Source of the DNA: Sphagnum compactum
Lineage: Eukaryota
Direction of reading: 5' to 3'
Assembly (NCBI GenBank): GCA_965153455.1
Contig: OZ234493.1
Location: 28,138,213-28,202,212 of the forward strand
Length of the DNA stretch: 64,000 bases
Shown: piece by piece, positions 54,827 to 64,000 of the stretch
Layout: every line of letters starts with the position of its first letter
Numbering within the stretch: position 1 is the first letter of the stretch
The notes under the pieces: generated by a model
Databases searched by the model: none
Seen by the model: only the letters and a program-made list of their open reading frames with translations
Told to the model about the DNA's origin: nothing
Made by a program: the position numbers and the translations under genes

Positions 54827-57800
54827 CCTTGAGCTTCCACAACAAGATCCAATGTGCAAAAAGTCTAACAGCCTTGGTGAATTCTACTTTCTTGCTCACC
54901 CCATTCAACCTTTCACTTGGTGTCAATTGGCTTTGACTTGGCCAGTTGTCTTTACTAAAACTCTGGCACTGTGTTCTTGGCTTTTGCCAGATGTTGCTCA
55001 AATTTCAGAGTAGCATTGGGTCCTGGTCTGCCTGTTGAATTTCTTCCATTTTCATGCTGAAAACATCCTGTTGGGATGTTGTCATCGCCCACCAGAGAAG
55101 GTGTCGCTGTTTCCCTCTTGCTTTTAGAACTACCAATTTCAAAGGCCTACCTGTACATGAAAAGCATCCTCATCTGGTTATGTCAAATTGGTTATTGACA
55201 TGGCACAAGCTTCAACTGTGTATATCTTGTGTAATTCTGATCATGGGTTGAGGATTTTTCACAAGGAGTGGCACTTGGCTGCTCTTTCTCCATGATCATT
55301 TCTTGTTCCCCCTTTACTCCTGTTACCTCATTACGAATGAGGTAAAATTTCCTGGTTGCCTCACTTGAACATCCTTATGATCAGAATATTTGCCAGGAGA
55401 TAAGGTACACTGAGCAATCGGTTGACATGATTTGTAACAAAGATTGGAATGTACATTGCAGCCATCATTCATTGAAAGAGATTTAGGTTTTTGGGCTATG
55501 CAGAAACATCATCTGTCTGACTGAACAACATGTGGAAGTGATATTTGATACTAGATAATCTTCTATTACCAGTTGTTTGACAGTGTTCTTCATTGGCAGA
55601 CCTGAAAAATCTGGAGTGAACAATATTCTCTTTACAACATCTAATATTTTTCCCATTTTTCCATCTTCTCATTGTTCTAAACAACCATCAACACGACAGA
55701 CCCTAAAAGTTAGGGTGATACCATACCAGAGAATTGAAAAACAAATGGACTCAGTATCCATGCTACAGAAACCTCCACAATCAGGCAGACATATTTTTCT
55801 TCAGACTCCCCAATACAGAGACCTGAAATGGAATACTTTAAGCCACATAATTTCTGCTCTTTCCCACAAATCAGTCAGAGAAACATAAAGTAGTGATGGC
55901 CACAACCTTCAATTTTCCAACATGACAATTTTTTTCAAAATCAAAATATGGTTATGGTGCAATGTAAGAACAGAGTGTAAAGACCAAATTTTTGAAGTAA
56001 AAGACTTTGAAAAACACATTGATTGACATCTTCTTGGCAAAATGGATCCCAGACCTGTGATAGCAAATCATTTAATCAAACCAACGATTTTTGAACATCC
56101 AACCAAGAGCTTAAAGATGCATGCAATGAGGTAAAAAGCCAGGTTGAGTTTTTAAGAAAGAAGGTGGAAAACTGGACAGAAAAAGAAACCTGTCAACCTG
56201 AAGATCTGACACACTCTGGCAAAACTGGCCCACCTGGGATAAAAGAAAACCTGCAGAAAGCCACCAGAAGACAGAAGGCTTGAACAAAAGATCACCTAAG
56301 GACAATTCCAAGGGCAACCCCCAACAAAAGACCCAAGGAATGGTGCTGAGAAGAAGGCCTTAGTCTTCTTCTGCTGCACAACATTGGACATGGGTCCCTA
56401 GGAGGAATTAAAATCCTGTGTTTTGCAGCGTCTTCTGTTCTTGCAACACTCTATCTAGAGAGAGTTCTTGCCTTCCTCTCCACTGATTTCTGACCTCTGC
56501 TAAACCATCTGCTAATCTTCCTTGGAGGTGGCATAAGTATTCATTCCAGGTTTTCTATGCTGAAGCCGAATTTGATTTCCAGTAAACCATGTGTGGGGAT
56601 AGTAAAAAATCTGTCATGACTTCAAATGAGGAGGTTGGAACCATGCTCTGCTGAGAGGCCTACCCCTGAGACAGTTCTGCTGGCTGTTGATTGCTCCATG
56701 ATGTACATTGCTGCAAATAACTAGTGTTCCCTACAGCCAGCCCAGGGCTTTGTCCTTTCTTTTGGTAATTGGTCATTGGAGCAGGTTCTAACAATATTTA
56801 CAGAGACAGATTGGATTATGGCTTCCCTTCCTCTTGTTGCTCTTTCTGCCGCCCCCCCATCGTTCCCAATGACCGTGTATCTATGCATTGCTTCCCATCC
56901 CAAATATCAGCTTATCAGCTGGGAGTCTGTAAATGCCAAGTCCTTCCTATGTTGCCCACTTCTATTTTTTGCCTCTCTTGAATAGTCACAGGTCCTGATA
57001 GTGTTATAAATGTGAAAACACAGAACTTCTGCTTGGTTGTAGGCTTTTCAAATGGAATACTTCAACTTGGAATCTGCACCAAGCTGCCCAAATTGATGCT
57101 GATACCACTGATTCAATTGCTATATTGTCGGCACCATGAATGATCCATCTCTTTTGTTGCCTTCATTGTGTTGCTGAATGCAGGTATGAGTTTTTTATGT
57201 CTCATGATCAAGTACTTCCCCCATCTGTTGTGAGGTTAAAAGTCATGAGGGAAAATTTGGCTAGGAGAGTTCTTACTTGGAGGTTGATGTTGATGTTCCT
57301 GGTCCTCCTTCAGTTTTTGATTTGGTGACTATCTCACATGCTGAACTGGGTCCCTTGCCTCTTGTGTACTTGATTGGAACCACCACAAGAAGTTTCTTAC
57401 CAGGTTCTTTACTTGTTTCAGGATATTACTTCATGGTCCCCACACTGGTGCCACATATAACCAGCAGGAAGCTAGTTGTTGAGGTTTGCTACTAATGCTC
57501 TGCAAGTTAAAGAGAGTTTCTTGAAGCTTTGGTGTTTCAGTTTTCTATCTAGGATTGACATTGTATCCAAAGGGATACCCTGATGGAGTTGTGACTTCTC
57601 CTTCTTTGAGCCAATCAAGGCCCAAAGTGTCACCCCAAGATGGATTGCTGCCCCGATCTAAGGTACTGTTCCAAGGATATCACATCCATTGTCTCCGAAC
57701 CAGTTTCCAATCCAGAAGCAATGCAGAAAGTGTTCAGTGCCTGAATTCCTTCATCCATATTTCTTTGGCATGCTTGCAGGATCATGCACATGTTATCAAT

Positions 57801-58653
57801 TCTAAGTTTTTGGAGCGTATCATTTCTAAGCTTACTTAAGAAAATCTGAAAACATTGAATTCAAGTGCGAAGTTTTTGGATCGCTTCTAAGTTTTTTGAG
57901 GCTTATATTAGATCTAAAAACATGGCAGATGGGTGATCTCATTGGGCTAAGTCTGCCAGGTGCTCAGACTTGCCTAGTCACTGCTTGTCTGGCAGAATCA
58001 GCCAGGAGGCCATTCTCTCAGTACATAAAGGTCAATGTACCTCCAATTTGACAGGTTTTCAGGTACTCTTAAATAGCAGATGGTGAGATTCAGGTTCAGA
58101 TTCAACACAGAATTGTTATCTCTTTAAATTTTCATCGTCAGGAAGATGTAGAGATAATTAATGCAAACAGAGACAATCATGTAAAAACCAAGCAAACATT
58201 GCAAAGCAACTGCTTCCAATCGGACAATCTGAATCTCCAAAAAAAACTGCAAACCAAAGGCAGTGAAGTTTGAAGCTTGATCTGTGAAAAAGGATTATGC
58301 CAAACATACTGTCTTTCAACAAAATAAAGCTGAAGATTAAGCTGTGAAGAAATATTCTACAGGTCTTTGTGTGATTCCATCCCATCTGTTACCATGAGGA
58401 CACCATCTGAGAAGAGAGTGTGTCCACCCAGATAGAATGTGTATGAAAGCACACATTTAAAGAACCTTCAGACTAAGGCCATAGTTTCATCCCTTTGCTG
58501 GCACACTTAAGTGTGTCTTCAGAGATAAAAGGCTTGTCGTCCAGTTCAGGGACCTCCTGTCTGGTGCAAGTTTTACTCCTGCTAATCCAGATTATAAGAC
58601 CGAAGGCAGGCTGTGCTGCACCATGGCCGCCATTGGAATCTGTCGTAGAGATC

Positions 58654-59795
58654 TCAGTTTCCACCACCAAAAAGATAGCCCAAGGATGAACCTCCACCAG
58701 GAGCAGCGTGCACCTTAGTTGATGGACGATCCTGCGGCAAGGAAACACAAAAATTGCAATAGGCGCATTTAGAACCATGCACAGAGGACCAATCTCGGCG
58801 TTCAAACCAGGCACAGCTAGTGTCTACCCGCGCAGTTTCACTACACGAAATGTATATCCTGCAGGCCGTTCATCTATCAAATGTGTGATATTCTGGTCTG
58901 CACTTAGTAATATCAGTCTCATGCCACTGAGGAAATCTCTTGAGGAAGACGTTCTCGATCGACATCAGGACCTAGAATGCAAGTGTTTTCAGAGTTGCAA
59001 ACAACCTGACAGCGCTGAGAATTACGAAAAGTAGAGTTTGTTACTAGTGAGATCCACTGAACGCGAGAACTGCCTCGCATCCTGGCATAGCCTGCACCTA
59101 TTGGTCTCCGGCACGTAAACTTCGAAACTTAGGCATTGCACAGAGGTTTCTTCAGAATCGATCACGATAGAATTCCTAAACTCTGCGAACAACCCTTTCT
59201 GGACGTGGATTATAAGAACTATGTGCGTACATCTGAGGTGCTCCACCATTAGGCGCTTGTAAGTGCAAGCTTTCAAGGAGAATATCCTCCAAAAGATGGA
59301 TACATACTTCACGATTCAACGTAATTTGAAACTCCATAATCTCCAAGAGGTGGATATGCATCCGCACACATGACGATGGACGACAACAGAAAATTTGCAA
59401 AGTTTTGTTAAAAGTGTAAAGAAGATCCCCGTATTGTTCCCAGAGGAGTTGGTCGAGACACTGCTGACCGTGATGAAATTGCCGGTGTTTTGGCCATCTG
59501 CGCGATGGTAGTTGTTGAAGTTCCGTCCTAACTTGTGTGTCAAAGCAGCTGCGTTCTCCTCAGCCTTCCCATTCTGACGCGACACAGAAGCCGCTGTCAC
59601 GACTGCCGGCCCCGCTTTCTCCGCATGCGCATTCTTCACCAACCCGGCAGGTGACTGCAATTCCGGCTGCAACGGCCGTGGAGCCGCCACCGCGGATCTG
59701 TTGCCGCTCGCTTTGGGCCACGGCGGATTCTCGGATCCGAACAGATATCCCAACTGGCTCTCCCCTCCTCCGCTGCTTCTCACTCCTCTCCCCAT
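58654..59795 (-). CDS. SPR1: SPIRAL1-like microtubule-associated protein, 2 exons (59795-59469, 58731-58654)
   Basis: MGRGVRSSGGGESQLGYLFG...NNYHRADGQNTGNFIT|DRPSTKVHAAPGGGSSLGYLFGGGN*. Confidence 0.95.
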
Positions 59796-62700
59796 TTCTC
59801 TGCGAATTTGTGCTGGCCACCAGAGACACAGTTTGGCTTCATTTCTCTTCAGACGAAGTGAATGCTATATATACTGGGTGTGGACATATTTCATCTATCT
59901 TTTACTAAGATGAGATCGTGTGTTGAATCTAATTGGATGATCATGGACGACGATAAGAAGCTATCGATGATGTCTATGAGAACTTAGAAGGATGTTGTTC
60001 AATTGTTGTGCAGGCAATTGCTGGTCCGTGGCTATTGTATGGATGGATGAATTACTGGGTGAAGCCCCCACCCCTTATCTTTTAGTGTGATGATTGCTTT
60101 TGGTTGTTTAGATGGAGAAAGCTACCAACACATGAATTTGACAGTATTTCTTTCAGCCTTTAGCGGGTTCTTGGATGTACAAATGATGAGAGACCTTTTA
60201 AGTAATAAGTGCACCTACTTTTCATACTATACACGAGTATTGAAGGGCCCATGTACCTAAAGTGTCAGAATTTCTATCATTGCATCACACCATGATGTGA
60301 GCCCTTGATCTTGCCGGTACTAGTTAGGAGTGGCAGTGACCTTACACCTAGGTATAGCCCAGGGACCTTACGCCTAGAAGTAGGCATAAAGCACTCGAAG
60401 AAAATTTCTAGTGTATTTGGAAGGCACCTTATATGCATGAATATCCTCCTAGAAAAGACGAGGGATATTACAATCACTCCTTAAGAGTGGGACGGATCTC
60501 ACACCTATGAGGTGTAAGAGGGAATCCATTTAGGCATAAGATCACTCTCTCTTAAAGAGTTGGTGGAAAAACTCCCCCCCCCCCCCCTCCTATGCCCCTT
60601 GACCTACCTAATTTTAGGCTAATGATAACCTTTCCCTTGTGCTTTATGATGGATAAAGCCTGAAGTGGGAAACATTTTCAAAATGTGAGGCCAAAGTGGG
60701 CTACCTGCTCATCCTAGGTCCCTTATTTTGAGAATGCCTCCACCATGGGGCCTTTACTTTACACGTAACTTCCCTCCCCATCCTAAATAGTAGTTGAAAG
60801 GTCGCGCTCCTATGGCCTTGTGATTTACATATGTTTAAGACCTATGGTAAGGTTTGCCTTGTGTTTATGATATGGTAAGCGTTCCCAAATGCAGAGTTGG
60901 ACTTGACTACGGCCTTGTCCTAGGCCCCATATTTTGGGAATGTTCCCACCCCAACCCACGGCTTTACCCTACATGAACTATCCAGATGCATGTACCTACA
61001 TTATAGTGACCAAGTGCTAAACCTACATACACAATCATCATGCACAATCCAAGGGATGTTCATCAATCCATCTTTTGCATACATACCCAAATGAAATGAT
61101 GATGAAACCCTGCCAATCATAAATAAACCAAAGCACCCAAAAAAGGGGAATACAAGGAACAAAATGGAAGGACCCACATCTGAGAAGACAAAAGAACCAC
61201 CTAAGAAGGTGAATCACAAAGGGAACATCAAATTCCTAAACCCCTTTGGCCGAGAGAGAATAACAAATAAGAAAAGAGGAGGACCTCCTGAAAGGACACC
61301 TAGCTTAGAAGAACCCTCACTTACAGCAAGTCTCAAAATAGAGACTATCTTTGCACACTGTAACACCAGTGACACCCTTTGTTTATAAAAATGTGTGTTA
61401 AACTGAGAGAAGAGGGCATGAAATGATGAGTTAGTTTTTCATAAGGAAACACATGACCTAATTTTTCTTTGTATTTTGATATACCTTACAAAGCATAATC
61501 TAAGACCTTGTGCACTCTGGAGGCACATTGAAAATTTAAAAGGTGCCTCCAAGGGTGCAAATTCAAATTAGGTCAGGTTTGTACATGGGGGAAGGTCAGG
61601 TCACATTAGGTTTATATTGTTCTCAGGCTTGGGAACTTGGGCTACAATCGTCATTGCCATGCACTGAACCTCTGCACTCTCAACCTTCCCTTTCACTTGC
61701 ACATAGGCAACCAACCAAAATACACTAAATAAATAAATAATACACCATAAATAATACCAACCAAAATACACCATTGACATTACATTAAAGTCAGAGGAAA
61801 TCAATTAGGGCTTTTTCCAGATCTACTAATTGTGCCAAATCTCCCTAAATGGCAGATTCAGCCTATTAAAAGCCATTTTTTGTCATTTCCCCCCAAAAAA
61901 AGAACCGATTCAAGCTTCATATTTCATGTTTGTACTTTTACTTTTTTGTGCTTTTAGATGCACTTTTGGTTGCAGCCATGTAAAATTGCACCCAAGGAGA
62001 AGTACCCCAATGGCAAGAACAAAATCAAATATATAATTGGATGATATCCTCCCAGACTCCTTCCATACTTCCAAACCTTTTTGATGATCATATATTTTGC
62101 TACAATACTTCAAACCATAGTCCCATATACACAACCATAGCTTCAAGCATCCTTCTCCTTGTAACTGTTCAAATAGGTATCCATCTAGACCTTCTCTCTT
62201 TAGTGCCAATTTTCATCAAAATGCTATTAAAAAAAACTTGGGGCTGCAACCCCTACAAGGTTTTTTTGGGGGAAATTTTTGAAATTTTTCAGTCATTGGT
62301 AAACGAGTGCATTAATGCTTTCAAGACCTTTATATCAGGGCACACACCCCCTTTATGAAGTCCAATCCAATGATATAGTTCCTTGCATGGATCTACTTAC
62401 CTACTCGGAACTTGAAACTTGAATCTGCACAAAATATCCATTGATGATATCGGATGTAGGAAACACATCTTGCACATTAAAATTCGGTAGTTGTTGGGCA
62501 CATAGATGAACCCTTGTCAAAATTGCGCCGTAAAATGTTAGTGAATTATAAGTATTATTATTATTATTATTATTGCAAATGCATTGGAACAATATATGAA
62601 TGTCCTGGGAAAGGAATGGTACGATCATTGAAAACTAATATGAACATGTGCAAGATCCTTTTGAACAGTCCCTTCACACTCCCACTTTTTAGAAATAATT

Positions 62701-64000
62701 TGCAACCCACATGGAAAAGGAAAGTCGTCTTGCAAGCCTTTTGGAAAGATATTCTCAATTACAATGCATCTATAACGAGCGCATCTTGCCAATAATAGAT
62801 AGATGAAAGGGCAATCTCACCTCATGATTCATGACCTACGCTTAGATATATATACACCCAAACAATGAATCATGGGACATGTGCATTGAAATGGTAGTTG
62901 CCATCATTTTTTTAAAGGCATCTCATCCAATCCATCATAGCATTGAACTTTTCAATAATTTATCTTAGCTGATATGACATGGTTTAGGGTTCGTATTTTA
63001 CGATGCACATTGTAACGTAGTTTTATTACTCATGTTTAAGTGTTTAAACATCCAATATTATCACCAAGCTTTGAAACTTTACATGTGAAAGGTATTTGAA
63101 ACTTGTTGAATTGAATGTATATTGAGTTTTGAAGCTCAACCTCAATATACCTTTGATTAATAAATCACAGATTTCTCTACTTGTCACTTGATATGCCAAA
63201 TTGTTTTAACCAATTTCTTTACTATTTGTTCAACAAATTTTGCAATCTTCACTTGAATTCCAAATTATGTAATATTTTAGTTATAGGTGAAAGAATTGCA
63301 ATGCTAGAATGTAGGAAAAAAGACTTCCCATGACAACGACCATTTCAAGGCTTGTGTTGCTACTCCAACATTGTCTTTATAACATCAGTGTAAAGATCAC
63401 ATAAACATGTCACATCATCAATAATATAGGGCAAAAACCAAAAAAAAAAATTTGTTTATTCAAATATGATAAATTATTTTGTGTAAACATTTTAGTGTAC
63501 AGTCTTGTTGCAAGTTTGGCAACATCAATGTGAGAGTTGATCTTTGTTTATGAAAAATTTGTATTTCAAAACTATAAAATTGGTGTTCACATGATGTTTT
63601 GAAAATATTAGTTACCCCTATGAAAAACATGGATTGATTTATGTTTTGAACAAATATGTCAAGTAGTGTAACTAAATTGTTGTCATTGACAAATAAACTC
63701 CCCAAAATTTGAGGATAAGGGCCATGAACACTATTCAACTAAGAAGCATTCTTTATATTGTTTTCAGCATGAATGCTTCCAAGGCTTTCACAGTCTCAAA
63801 TTATTGTATCCAAACAAATGTGAATAATGACTAATAGTGAGAGCTTTTGAACATTGGTAGCTATTGGTGAGTCCACATGTGGTAGTAATTAGGTGTCTAA
63901 ACAATGAGTTTATTTTATCATGCTTCCAAAACATGAATAAAATAGTAAATTAAAATCAAACAAAGAAGTAATGCACCCTAAAATTTGGATTTTTCTTATT

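Noticed and set aside
56760-57840. Possible plus-strand exons between NPHP1-like and SPIRAL1-like
   Set aside because: Could not assemble a consistent spliced ORF or recognise any motif.
50260-59795. NPHP1-like next to SPIRAL1-like as a microtubule/cilia gene cluster
   Set aside because: Adjacency alone is not evidence; no shared regulatory signal is visible.
60200-64000. Probable decayed transposon sequence (poly-C, TAT run, short ORFs)
   Set aside because: No diagnostic domain, TIR, LTR pair or TSD could be identified by eye.

Overview
Eukaryotic, intron-rich land-plant nuclear DNA. It is most likely a bryophyte such as a Sphagnum-type moss (inference from gene content, a cilia gene and repeat types). 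Eight spliced genes can be assembled by hand: SRT1 sirtuin (+), MORN-repeat PIP5K (-), AKAP17A/ZCW7-like (+), PDAT (-), a divergent AUX1/LAX-like carrier (-), a Tas-like aldo-keto reductase (-), a nephrocystin-1 (NPHP1)-like ciliary transition-zone gene (-) and SPIRAL1-like (-). Two AT-rich accessory blocks (about 9-14.5 kb and 39-42.7 kb) and the last 4 kb hold decayed elements: hAT, PIF1/Helitron helicase, a TIR element with a 3-bp TSD, a SWIM/MULE-like pseudogene and hairpin-bearing tandem arrays. A kinase pseudogene carries a 140-bp plastid rpl23-rpl2 insertion. The best leads are the phase-consistent NPHP1-like gene, which appears to lack SH3 and coiled-coil domains, the non-canonical LAX, the NUPT, and an in-frame stop cutting an N-terminal extension of the AKR. 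All homology calls come from recognising motifs by eye; no database search was run.
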